NCBI GenBank assembly: GCA_964016885.1 | Contig: OZ024741.1 | Span: forward strand, 391,654,001-391,718,000 | Length of the DNA stretch: 64,000 nt | Source of the DNA: Eledone cirrhosa | Lineage: Eukaryota | Reading direction: 5' to 3' | Shown here: one piece after another, positions 1 through 15,000 of the stretch | Numbering within the stretch: position 1 is the first letter of the stretch | Layout: every line of letters starts with the position of its first letter | The notes under the pieces: generated by a model | Database searches by the model: none | What the model saw: the letters and a program-made list of their open reading frames with translations, nothing else | What the model was told of the DNA's origin: nothing | Position numbers and translations under genes: made by a program

Positions 1-3000
1 ACCCCAACTATTCAATGACCTAGTTACTAACAGTTAACTGGTCAAACCCGACTATTCAATGACCTAGTTACTAACAGTTAACTGGTCAAACCCAACTATT
101 CAATGATCTAATTACTAACAGCTAACTAGTCAAACCCAACTATTCAATGACCTAGTTACTAACATTTAACTGGTCAAACACAACTATTCAATTACCTAGT
201 TACTAACAGTTAACTGGTCAAACCCAACTATTCAATGACCTAGTTACTAACAGTTAACTGGTCAAACCCAACTATTCAATGTCCTAGTTACTAACAGTTA
301 ACTGGTCAAACCAAACTATTCAATGACCTAGTTACTAACAGTTAACTGGTCAAACCAAACTATTCAATGACCTAGTTACTAACAGTTAACTGGTCAAACC
401 CAACTATTCAATGATCTAGTTACTAACAGCTAACTGGTCAAACCCAACTATTCAATGACCTAGTTACTAACAGTTGACTGGTCAAACCCAACTATTCAAT
501 GATCAATGATCTAGTTACTAACAGATAACTGGTCAAACCCAACTATTCAATGACCTAGTTACTAACAGTTAACTTGTCAAACCCAAGTATTCAATGACCT
601 AGTTACTAACAGTTAACTGGTCAAACCAAACCATTCAATGACCTAGTTACTAACAGTTAACTGGTCAAACCCAACTCTTCAATGATCTAGTTACTAACAG
701 CTAACTGGTCAAACCCAACTATTCAATGACCTAGTTACTAACAGTTAACTGGTCAAACCCAACTATTCAATGACCTAGTTACTAACAGTTAACTGGTCAA
801 ACCCAACTATTCAATTACCTAGTTACTAGCAGTTAACTGGTCAAACCCAACTATTCAATGATCTACTTACTAACAGCTAACTGGTCAAACCAAACTATTC
901 AATGACCTAGTTACTAACAGTTAACTGGTCAAACCCAACTATTGAATGACCTAGTTACTAACAGTTAACTGGTCAAACCCAACTATTCAATGACCTAGTT
1001 ACTAACAGTTAACTGGTCAAACCCAACTATTCAATGACCTAGTTACTAACAGTTAACTGGTCAAACCCAACTATTCAATGACCTAGTTACTAACAGTTAA
1101 CTGGTCAAACCCAACTATTCAATGACCTGGTTACAAACAGTTAACTGGTCAAAACCAACTATTCAATGATCTAGTTACTAACAGTTAAATGGTCAAACCC
1201 AACTATTCAATGACCTAGTTACTAACAGCTAACTGGTCAAACCCAACTATTCAATGATCTAGTTAATAACAGCTAACTGGTCAAACCCAACTATTCAATG
1301 ACCTAGTTACTAACAGCTAACTGGTCAAACCCAACTATTCAATGATCTAGTTACTAACAGTTAACTGGTCAAACCAAACTATTCAATGACCTAGTTACTA
1401 TCAGTTAACTGGTCAACCCCAACTATTCAATGACCTAGTTACTAACAGTTAACTGGTCAAACCCGACTATTCAATGACCTAGTTACTAACAGTTAACTGG
1501 TCAAACCCAACTATTCAATGATCTAATTACTAACAGCTAACTAGTCAAACCCAACTATTCAATGACCTAGTTACTAACATTTAACTGGTCAAACACAACT
1601 ATTCAATTACCTAGTTACTAACAGTTAACTGGTCAAACCCAACTATTCAATGACCTAGTTACTAACAGTTAACTGGTCAAACCCAACTATTCAATGTCCT
1701 AGTTACTAACAGTTAACTGGTCAAACCAAACTATTCAATGACCTAGTTACTAACAGTTAACTGGTCAAACCAAACTATTCAATGACCTAGTTACTAACAG
1801 TTAACTGGTCAAACCCAACTATTCAATGATCTAGTTACTAACAGCTAACTGGTCAAACCCAACTATTCAATGACCTAGTTACTAACAGTTAACTGGTCAA
1901 ACCTAACTATTCAATGATCAATGATCTAGTTACTAACAGATAACTGGTCAAACCCAACTATTCAATGACCTAGTTACTAACAGTTAACTTGTCAAACCCA
2001 ACTATTCAATGACCTAGTTACTAACAGTTAACTGGTCAAACCAAACCATTCAATGACCTAGTTACTAACAGTTAACTGGTCAAACCCAACTCTTCAATGA
2101 TCTAGTTACTAACAGCTAACTGGTCAAACCCAACTATTCAATGACCTAGTTACTAACAGTTAACTGGTCAAACCCAACTATTCAATGACCTAGTTACTAA
2201 CAGTTAACTGGTCAAACCCAACTATTCAATTACCTAATTACTAGCAGTTAACTGGTCAAACCCAACTATTCAATGATCTACTTACTAACAGCTAACTGGT
2301 CAAACCAAACTATTCAATGACCTAGTTACTAACAGTTAACTGGTCAAACCCAACTATTCAATGATCTAGTTACTAACAGCTAACTGGTCAAACCCATCTA
2401 TTCAATGACCTAGTTACTAACAGTTAACTGGTCAAAACAAACTATTCAATGACCTAGTTACTAACAGCTAACTGGTCAAACCCAACTATTCAATGATCTA
2501 GTTACTAACAGTTAACTGGTCCAACCCAACTATTCAATGACCTAGTTACTAACAGTTAACTGCTCAAACCCAACTATTCAATGACCTAGTTACTAACAGT
2601 TAACTGGTCAAACCCAACTATTCAATGATCTAGTTACTAACAGCTAACTAGTCAAACCCAACTATTCAATGACCTAGTTACTAACAGTTAACTGGTCAAA
2701 CCCAACTATTCAATGACCTAGTTACTAACAGTTAACTGGTCAAACCCAACTATTCAATGACCTAGTTACTAACAATTAACTGGTCAAACCCAACTATTCA
2801 ATGTTCTAGTTACTAACAGTTAACTGGTCAAACCAAACTATTCAATGACCTAGTTACTAATAGTTAACTGGTCAAACCCAACTATTCAATGACCTAGTTA
2901 CTAACAGTTAACTGGTCAAACCCAACTATTCAATGTCCTAGTTACTAACAGTTAACTGGTCAAACCAAACTATTCAATGACCTAGTTACTAACAGTTAAC

Positions 3001-6000
3001 TGGTCAAACCCAACTATTCAATGATCTAGTTACAAACAGTTAACTGGTCAAATCCAACTATTCAATGGTCTAGTTACTAACAGTTAACTGGTCAAACCCA
3101 ACTATTCAATGACCTAGTTACTAACAGTTAACTGGTCAAACCCAACTATTCAATGACCTAGTTACTAACAGTTAACTGGTCAAACCCAACTATTCAATGA
3201 CCTAGTTACTAACAGTTAACTGGTCAAAACCAACTATTCAATGATCTAGTTACTAACAGCTAACTAGTCAAACCCAACTATTAAATGACCTAGTTACTAA
3301 CAGTTAACTGGTCAAACCCAACTATTCAATGACCTAGTTACTAACAGTTAACTGGTCAAACCCAACTATTCAATGACCTAGTTACTAACAGTTAACTGGT
3401 CAAAACAAACTATTCAATGACCTAGTTACTAACAGTTAACTTGTCAAACCCAACTATTCAATGACCTAGTTACTAACAGTTAACTGGTCAAACCAAACCA
3501 TTCAATGACCTAGTTACTAACAGTTAACTGGTCAAACCCAACTCTTCAATGATCTAGTTACTAACAGCTAACTGGTCAAACCCAACTGTTCAATGATCTA
3601 GTTACTAACAGTTAACTGGTCAAACCCAACTATTCAATGACCTAGTTACTATCAGTTAACTGGTCAAACCCAACTATTCAATGACCTAGTTACTAACAGT
3701 TAACTGGTCAAACCCAACTATTCAATGACCTAGTTACTAACAGTTAACTGGTCAAACCCAACTATTCAATGATCTAGTTACTAACAGCTAACTAGTCAAA
3801 CCCAACTATTCAATGACCTAGTTACTAACAGTTAACTGGTCAAACCCAACTATTCAATGACCTAGTTACTAACAGTTAACTGGTCAAACCCAACTATTCA
3901 ATGACCTAGTTACTAACAGTTAACTGGTCAAACCCAACTATTCAATGTTCTAGTTACTAACAGTTAACTGGTCAAACCAAACTATTCAATGACCTAGTTA
4001 CTAACAGTTAACTGGTCAAACCCAACTATTCAATCACCTAGTTACTAACAGTTAACTGGTCAAACCCAACTATTCAATGTCCTAGTTACTAACAGTTAAC
4101 TGGTCAAACCAAACTATTCAATGACCTAGTTACTAACAGTTAACTGGTCAAACCAAACTATTCAATGACCTAGTTACTAACAGTTAACTGGTCAAACCCA
4201 ACTATTCAATGATCTAGTTACTAACAGTTAACTGGTCAAACGCAACTATTCAATGATCTAGTTACTAACAGTTAACTGGTCAAACCCAACTATTCAATGA
4301 CCTAGTTACTAACAGTTAACTGGTCAAACCCAACTATTCAATGACCTAGTTACTAACAGTTAACTTGTCAAACCAAACCATTCAATGACCTAGTTACTAA
4401 CAGTTAACTGGTCAAACCCAACTATTCAATGACCTAGTTACTAACAGTTAACTGGTCAAACCCAACTTTTCAATGACCTAGTTACTAACAGTTAACTGGT
4501 CAATCCAAACCATTTAATGACCTAGTTACTAACAGTTAACTGGTCAAACCCAACTATTCAATGATCTAGTTACTAACAGTTAACTGGTCAAACCCAACTA
4601 TTCAATGATCTAGTTACTAACAGTTAAATGGTCAAACCCAACTATTCAATGACCTAGTTACTAACAGCTAACTGGTCAAACCCAACTATTCAATGATCTA
4701 GTTAATAACAGCTAACTGGTCAAACCCAACTATTCAATGACCTAGTTACTAACAGCTAACTGGTCAAACCCAACTATTCAATGATCTAGTTACAAACAGT
4801 TAACTGGTCAAACCCAACTATTCAATGACCTAGTTACTATCAGTTAACTGGTCAACCCCAACTATTCAAGGACCTAGATACTAAGAGTTAACTGGTCAAA
4901 CCCAACTATTCAATGACCTAGTTACTAACAGTTAACTGGTCAAACCCAACTATTCAATGATCTAATTACTAAGAGCTAACTAGTCAAACCCAACTATTCA
5001 ATGACCTAGTTACTAACATTTAACTGGTCAAACACAACTATTCAATGACCTAGTTACTAACAGTTAACTGGTCAAACCCAACTATTCAATGACCTAGTTA
5101 CTAACAGTTAACTGGTCAAACCCAACTATTCAATGTCCTAGTTACTAACAGTTAACTGGTCAAACCAAACTATTCAATGACCTAGTTACTAACAGTTAAC
5201 TGGTCAAACCCAACTATTCAATGATCTAGTTACTAACAGCTAACTGGTCAAACCCAACTATTCAATGACCTAGTTACTAACAGTTAACTGGTCAAACCCA
5301 ACTATTCAATGATCAATGACCTAGTTACTAACAGTTAACTGGTCAAACCCAACTATTCAATGATCTAGTTACTAACAGCTAACTGGTCAAACCCAACTAT
5401 TCAATGACCTAGTTACTAACAGTTAACTGGTCAAACCCAACTATTCAATGATCAATGATCTAGTTACTAACAGTTAACTGGTCAAACCCAACTATTCAAT
5501 GACCTAGTTACTAACAGTTAACTTGTCAAACCCAACTATTCAATGACCTAGTTACTAACAGTTAACTGGTCAAACCAAACCATTCAATGACCTAGTTACT
5601 AACAGTTAACTGGTCAAACCCAACTCTTCAATGATCTAGTTACTAACAGCTAACTGGTCAAACCCAACTATTCAATGACCTAGTTACTAACAGTTAACTG
5701 GTCAAACCCAACTATTCAATGACCTAGTTACTAACAGTTAACTGGTCAAACCCAACTATTCAATTACCTAGTTACTAGCAGTTAACTGGTCAAACCCAAC
5801 TATTCAATGATCTACTTACTAACAGCTAACTGGTCAAACCAAACTATTCAATGACCTAGTTACTAACAGTTAACTGGTCAAACCCAACTATTCAATGACC
5901 TAGTTACTAACAGCTAACTGGTCAAACCCATCTATTCAATGACCTAGTTACTAACAGTTAACTGGTCAAAACAAACTATTCAATGACCTAGTTACTAACA

Positions 6001-9000
6001 GCTAACTGGTCAAACCCAACTATTCAATGATCTAGTTACTAACAGTTAACTGGTCCAACCCAACTATTCAATGACCTAGTTACAATCAGTTAACTGGTCA
6101 AAACCAACTATTCAATGACCTAGTTACTAACAGTTAACTGCTCAAACCCAACTATTCAATGACCTAGTTACTAACAGTTAACTGGTCAAACCCAACTATT
6201 CAATGATCTAGTTACTAACAGCTAACTAGTCAAACCCAACTATTCAATGACCTAGTTACTAACAGTTAACTGGTCAAACCCAACTATTCAATGACCTAGT
6301 TACTAACAGTTAACTGGTCAAACCCAACTATTCAATGACCTAGTTACTAACAATTAACTGGTCAAACCCAACTATTCAATGTTCTAGTTACTAACAGTTA
6401 ACTGGTCAAACCAAACTATTCAATGACCTAGTTACTAATAGTTAACTGGTCAAACCCAACTATTCAATGACCTAGTTACTAACAGTTAACTGGTCAAACC
6501 CAACTATTCAATGTCCTAGTTACTAACAGTTAACTGGTCAAACCAAACTATTCAATGACCTAGTTACTAACAGTTAACTGGTCAAACCCAACTATTCAAT
6601 GATCTAGTTACAAACAGTTAACTGGTCAAATCCAACTATTCAATGGTCTAGTTACTAACAGTTAACTGGTCAAACCCAACTATTCAATGACCTAGTTACT
6701 AACAGTTAACTGGTCAAACCCAACTATTCAATGACCTAGTTACTAACAGTTAACTGGTCAAACCCAACTATTCAATGACCTAGTTACTAACAGTTAACTG
6801 GTCAAAACCAACTATTCAATGATCTAGTTACTAACAGCTAACTAGTCAAACCCAACTATTCAATGACCTAGTTACTAACAGTTAACTGGTCAAACCCAAC
6901 TATTCAATGACCTAGTTACTAACAGTTAACTGGTCAAACCCAACTATTCAATGACCTAGTTACTAACAGTTAACTGGTCAAAACAAACTATTCAATGACC
7001 TAGTTACTAACAGCTAACTGGTCAAACCCAACTGTTGAATGATCTAGTTACTAACAGTTAACTGGTCAAACCCAACTATTCAATGACCTAGTTACTATCA
7101 GTTAACTGGTCAAACCCAACTATTCAATGACCTAGTTACTAACAGTTAACTGGTCAAACCCAACTATTCAATGACCTAGTTACTAACAGCTAACTAGTCA
7201 AACCCAACTATTAAATGTCCTAGTTACTAACAGTTAACTGGTCAAACCCAACTATTCAATGACCTAGTTACTAACAGTTAACTGGTCAAACCCAACTATT
7301 CAATGACCTAGTTACTAACAGTTAACTGGTCAAAACAAACTATTCAATGACCTAGTTACTAACAGCTAACTGGTCAAACCCAACTGTTCAATGATCTAGT
7401 TACTAACAGTTAACTGGTCAAACCCAACTATTCAATGACCTAGTTACTATCAGTTAACTGGTCAAACCCAACTATTCAATGACCTAGTTACTAACAGTTA
7501 ACTGGTCAAACCCAACTATTCAATGACCTAGTTACTAACAGTTAACTGGTCAAACCCAACTATTCAATGATCTAGTTACTAACAGCTAACTAGTCAAACC
7601 CAACTATTCAATGACCTAGTTACTAACAGTTAACTGGTCAAACCCAACTATTCAATGACCTAGTTACTAACAGTTAACTGGTCAAACCCAACTATTCAAT
7701 GACCTAGTTACTAACAGTTAACTGGTCAAACCCAACTATTCAATGTTCTAGTTACTAACAGTTAACTGGTCAAACCAATCTATTCAATGACCTAGTTACT
7801 AACAGTTAACTGGTCAAACCCAACTATTCAATTACCTAGTTACTAACAGTTAACTGGTCAAACCCAACTATTCAATGTCCTAGTTACTAACAGTTAACTG
7901 GTCAAACCAAACTATTCAATGACCTAGTTACTAACAGTTAACTGGTCAAACCAAACTATTCAATGACCTAGTTACTAACAGTTAACTGGTCAAACCCAAC
8001 TATTCAATGATCTAGTTACTAACAGTTAACTGGTCAAACGCAACTATTCAATGATCTAGTTACTAACAGTTAACTGGTCAAACCCAACTATTCAATGACC
8101 TAGTTACTAACAGTTAACTGGTCAAACCCAACTATTCAATGACCTAGTTACTAACAGTTAACTTGTCAAACCAAACCATTCAATGACCTAGTTACTAACA
8201 GTTAACTGGTCAAACCCAACTATTCAATGACCTAGTTACTAACAGTTAACTGGTCAAACCCAACTTTTCAATGACCTAGTTACTAACAGTTAACTGGTCA
8301 AACCAAACCATTTAATGACCTAGTTACTCACAGTTAACTGGTCAAACCCAACTATTCAATGATCTAGTTACTAACAGTTAACTGGTCAAACCCAACTATT
8401 CAATGATCTAGTTACTAACAGTTAAATGGTCAAACCCAACTATTCAATGACCTAGTTACTAACAGCTAACTGGTCAAACCCAACTATTCAATGATCTAGT
8501 TAATAACAGCTAACTGGTCAAACCCAACTATTCAATGACCTAGTTACTAACAGCTAACTGGTCAAACCCAACTATTCAATGATCTAGTTACAAACAGTTA
8601 ACTGGTCAAACCCAACTATTCAATGACCTAGTTACTATCAGTTAACTGGTCAACCCCAACTATTCAAGGACCTAGATACTAAGAGTTAACTGGTCAAACC
8701 CAACTATTCAATGACCTAGTTACTAACAGTTAACTGGTCAAACCCAACTATTCAATGATCTAATTACTAAGAGCTAACTAGTCAAACCCAACTATTCAAT
8801 GACCTAGTTACTAACATTTAACTGGTCAAACACAACTATTCAATGACCTAGTTACTAACAGTTAACTGGTCAAACCCAACTATTCAATGACCTAGTTACT
8901 AACAGTTAACTGGTCAAACCCAACTATTCAATGTCCTAGTTACTAACAGTTAACTGGTCAAACCAAACTATTCAATGACCTAGTTACTAACAGTTAACTG

Positions 9001-12000
9001 GTCAAACCCAACTATTCAATGATCTAGTTACTAACAGCTAACTGGTCAAACCCAACTATTCAATGACCTAGTTACTAACAGTTAACTGGTCAAACCCAAC
9101 TATTCAATGATCAATGACCTAGTTACTAACAGTTAACTGGTCAAACCCAACTATTCAATGATCTAGTTACTAACAGCTAACTGGTCAAACCCAACTATTC
9201 AATGACCTAGTTACTAACAGTTAACTGGTCAAACCCAACTATTCAATGATCAATGATCTAGTTACTAACAGTTAACTGGTCAAACCCAACTATTCAATGA
9301 CCTAGTTACTAACAGTTAACTTGTCAAACCCAACTATTCAATGACCTAGTTACTAACAGTTAACTGGTCAAACCAAACCATTCAATGACCTAGTTACTAA
9401 CAGTTAACTGGTCAAACCCAACTCTTCAATGATCTAGTTACTAACAGCTAACTGGTCAAACCCAACTATTCAATGACCTAGTTACTAACAGTTAACTGGT
9501 CAAACCCAACTATTCAATGACCTAGTTACTAACAGTTAACTGGTCAAACCCAACTATTCAATTACCTAGTTACTAGCAGTTAACTGGTCAAACCCAACTA
9601 TTCAATGATCTACTTACTAACAGCTAACTGGTCAAACCAAACTATTCAATGACCTAGTTACTAACAGTTAACTGGTCAAACCCAACTATTCAATGACCTA
9701 GTTACTAACAGCTAACTGGTCAAACCCATCTATTCAATGACCTAGTTACTAACAGTTAACTGGTCAAAACAAACTATTCAATGACCTAGTTACTAACAGC
9801 TAACTGGTCAAACCCAACTATTCAATGATTTGTTACTAACAGTTAACTGGTCCAACCCAACTATTCAATGACCTAGTTACAATCAGTTAACTGGTCAAAA
9901 CCAACTATTCAATGACCTAGTTACTAACAGTTAACTGCTCAAACCCAACTATTCAATGACCTAGTTACTAACAGTTAACTGGTCAAACCCAACTATTCAA
10001 TGATCTAGTTACTAACAGCTAACTAGTCAAACCCAACTATTCAATGACCTAGTTACTAACAGTTAACTGGTCAAACCCAACTATTCAATGACCTAGTTAC
10101 TAACAGTTAACTGGTCAAACCCAACTATTCAATGACCTAGTTACTAACAATTAACTGGTCAAACCCAACTATTCAATGTTCTAGTTACTAACAGTTAACT
10201 GGTCAAACCAAACTATTCAATGACCTAGTTACTAATAGTTAACTGGTCAAACCCAACTATTCAATGACCTAGTTACTAACAGTTAACTGGTCAAACCCAA
10301 CTATTCAATGTCCTAGTTACTAACAGTTAACTGGTCAAACCAAACTATTCAATGACCTAGTTACTAACAGTTAACTGGTCAAACCCAACTATTCAATGAT
10401 CTAGTTACAAACAGTTAACTGGTCAAATCCAACTATTCAATGGTCTAGTTACTAACAGTTAACTGGTCAAACCCAACTATTCAATGACCTAGTTACTAAC
10501 AGTTAACTGGTCAAACCCAACTATTCAATGACCTAGTTACTAACAGTTAACTGGTCAAACCCAACTATTCAATGACCTAGTTACTAACAGTTAACTGGTC
10601 AAAACCAAATATTCAATGATCTAGTTACTAACAGCTAACTAGTCAAACCCAACTATTCAATGACCTAGTTACTAACAGTTAACTGGTCAAACCCAACTAT
10701 TCAATGACCTAGTTACTAACAGTTAACTGGTCAAACCCAACTATTCAATAACCTAGTTACTAACAGTTAACTGGTCAAAACAAACTATTCAATGACCTAG
10801 TTACTAACAGCTAACTGGTCAAACCCAACTGTTCAATGATCTAGTTACTAACAGTTAACTGGTCAAACCCAACTATTCAATGACCTAGTTACTATCAGTT
10901 AACTGGTCAAACCCAACTATTCAATGACCTAGTTACTAACAGTTAACTGTTCAAACCCAACTATTCAATGACCTAGTTACTAACAGTTAACTGGTCAAAC
11001 CCAACTATTCAATGATCTAGTTACTAACAGCTAACTAGTCAAACCCAACTATTCAATGACCTAGTTACTAACAGTTAACTGGTCAAACCCAACTATTCAA
11101 TGACCTAGTTACTAACAGTTAACTGGTCAAACCCAACTATTCAATGACCTAGTTACTAAAAGTTAACTGGTCAAACCCAACTATTCAATGTTCTAGTTAC
11201 TAACAGTTAACTGGTCAAACCAATCTATTCAATGACCTAGTTACTAACAGTTAACTGGTCAAACCCAACTATTCAATTACCTAGTTACTAACAGTTAACT
11301 GGTCAAACCCAACTATTCAATGTCCTAGTTACTAACAGTTAACTGGTCAAACCAAACTATTCAATGACCTAGTTACTAACAGTTAACTGGTCAAACCAAA
11401 CTATTCAATGACCTAGTTACTAACAGTTAACTGGTCAAACCCAACTATTCAATGATCTAGTTACTAACAGTTAACTGGTCAAACGCAACTATTCAATGAT
11501 CTAGTTACTAACAGTTAACTGGTCAAACCCAACTATTCAATGACCTAGTTACTAACAGTTAACTGGTCAAACCCAACTATTCAATGACCTAGTTACTAAC
11601 AGTTAACTTGTCAAACCAAACCATTCAATGACCTAGTTACTAACAGTTAACTGGTCAAACCCAACTATTCAATGACCTAGTTACTAACAGTTAACTGATC
11701 AAACCCAACTATTCAATGACCTAGTTACTAACAGTTAACTGGTCAAACCAAACCATTTAATGACCTAGTTACTAACAGTTAACTGGTCAAACCCAACTAT
11801 TCAATGATCTAGTTACTAACAGTTAACTGGTCAAACCCAACTATTCAATGATCTAGTTACTAACAGTTAAATGGTCAAACCCAACTATTCAATGACCTAG
11901 TTACTAACAGCTAACTGGTCAAACCCAACTATTCAATGATCTAGTTAATAACAGCTAACTGGTCAAACCCAACTATTCAATGACCTAGTTACTAACAGTT

Positions 12001-15000
12001 AACTGGTCAAACCCAACTATTCAATGACCTAGTTACTATCAGTTAACTGGTCAACCCCAACTATTCAAGGACCTAGATACTAAGAGTTAACTGGTCAAAC
12101 CCAACTATTCAATGACCTAGTTACTAACAGTTAACTGGTCAAACCCAACTATTCAATGATCTAATTACTAAGAGCTAACTAGTCAAACCCAACTATTCAA
12201 TGACCTAGTTACTAACATTTAACTGGTCAAACACAACTATTCAATGACCTAGTTACTAACAGTTAACTGGTCGAACCCAACTATTCAATGTCCTAGTTAC
12301 TAACAGTTAACTGGTCAAACCAAACTATTCAATGACCTAGTTACTAACAGTTAACTGGTCAAACCCAACTATTCAATGATCTAGTTACTAACAGCTAACT
12401 GGTCAAACCCAACTATTCAATGACCTAGTTACTAACAGTTAACTGGTCAAACCCAACTATTCAATGATCAATGATCTAGTTACTAACAGTTAACTGGTCA
12501 AACCCAACTATTCAATGACCTAGTTACTAACAGTTAACTGGTCAAACCAAACCATTCAATGACCTAGTTACTAGCAGTTAACTGGTCAAACCCAACTCTT
12601 CAATGATCTAGTTACTAACAGCTAACTGGTCAAACCCAACTATTCAATGACCTAGTTACTAACAGTTAACTGGTCAAACCCAACTATTCAATGACCTAGT
12701 TACTAACAGTTAACTGGTCAAACCCAACTATTCAATTACCTAGTTACTAACAGTTAACCGGTCAAACCCAACTATTCAATGATCTACTTACTAACAGCTA
12801 ACTGGTCAAACCAAACTATTCAATGACCTAGTTACTAACAGCTAACTGGTCAAACCCAACTATTCAATGATCTAGTTACTAACAGCTAAGTGGCCAAACA
12901 CAACTATTCAATGACCTAGTTACTAACAGTTAACTGGTCAAAACAAACTATTCAATGACCTAGTTACTAACAGCTAACTGGTCAAACCCAACTATTCAAT
13001 GATCTAGTTACTAACAGTTAACTGGTCAAACCCAACTATTCAATGACCTAGTTACTATCAGTTAACTGGTCAAAACCAACTATTCAATGACCTAGTTACT
13101 AACAGTTAACTGGTCAAACCCAACTATTCAATGACCTAGTTACTAACAGTTAACTGGTCAAACCCAACTATTCAATGATCTAGTTACTAACAGCTAACTA
13201 GTCAAACCCAACTATTCAATGACCTAGTTACTAACAGTTAACTGGTCAAACCCAACTATTCAATGACCTAGTTACTAACAGTTAACTGGTCAAACCCAAC
13301 TATTCAATGACCTAGTTACTAACAATTAACTGGTCAAACCCAACTATTCAATGTTCTAGTTACTAACAGTTAACTGGTCAAACCAAACTATTCAATGACC
13401 TAGTTACTAACAGTTAACTGGTCAAACCCAACTATTCAATGACCTAGTTACTAACAGTTAACTGGTCAAACCCAACTATTCAATGTCCTAGTTACTAACA
13501 GTTAACTGGTCAAACCAAACTATTCAATGACCTAGTTACTAACAGTTAACTGGTCAAACCCAACTATTCAATGATCTAGTTACTAACAGCTAACTGGTCA
13601 AACCCAACTATTCAATGATCTAGTTACTAACAGCTAACTGGTCCAACCCAACTATTCAATGACCTAGTTACTAACAGTTAACTGGTCAAACCCAACTCTT
13701 CAATGATCTAGTTACTAACAGCTAACTGGTCAAACCAAACTATTCAATGACCTAGTTACTAACAGCTAACTGGTCAAACTCAACTATTCAATGACTTAGT
13801 TACTAACAGTTAACTGGTCAAACCCATCTATTCAATGACCTAGTTACTAACAGTTAACTGGTCAAACCCAACTATTCAATGACCTAGTTACTAACAGTTA
13901 ACTGGTCAAACCCAACTATTCAATGACCTAGTTACTAACAGTTAACTGGTCAAACCCAACTATTCAATGTCCTAGTTACTAACAGTTAACTGGTCAAACC
14001 AAACTATTCAATGACCTAGTTACGAACAGTTAACTGGTCAAACCAAACTATTCAATGACCTAGTTACTAACAGTTAACTGGTCAAACCCAACTATTCAAT
14101 GACCTAGTTACTAACAGTTAACTGGTCAAACCAAACCATTCAATGACATAGTTACTAACAGTTAACTGGTCAAACCCAACTATTCAATGACCTAGTTACT
14201 AACAGTTAACTGGTCAAACCCAACTATTCAATGACCTAGTTACTAACAGTTAACTGGTCAAACCAAACCATTCAATGACCTAGTTACTAACAGTTAACTG
14301 CTCAAACCCAACTATTCAATGATCTAGTTACTAACAGTTAACTGGTCAAACCTAACTATTCAATGATCTAGTTACTAACAGCTAACTGGTCAAACCCAAC
14401 TATTCAATGACCTAGTTACTAACAGTTAACTGGTCAAACCCAACTCTTCAATGATCTAGTTACTAACAGCTAACTGGTCAAACCCAACTATTCAATGACC
14501 TAGTTACTAACAGTTAACTGGTCAAACCCAACTATTCAATGACCTAGTTACTAACAGTTAACTGGTCAAACCCAACTATTCAATGACCTAGTTACTAACA
14601 GTTAACTGGTCAAACCCAACTATTCAATGACCTAGTTACTAACAGTTAACTGGTCAAACCCAACTATTCAATGACCTAGTTACTAACAGTTAACTGGTCA
14701 AACCCAACTATTCAATGACCTGGTTACAAACAGTTAACTGGTCAAAACCAACTATTCAATGATCTAGTTACTAACAGTTAAATGGTCAAACCCAACTATT
14801 CAATGACCTAGTTACTAACAGCTAACTGGTCAAACCCAACTATTCAATGATCTAGTTAATAACAGCTAACTGGTCAAACCCAACTATTCAATGACCTAGT
14901 TACTAACAGCTAACTGGTCAAACCCAACTATTCAATGATCTAGTTACTAACAGTTAACTGGTCAAACCAAACTATTCAATGACCTAGTTACTATCAGTTA

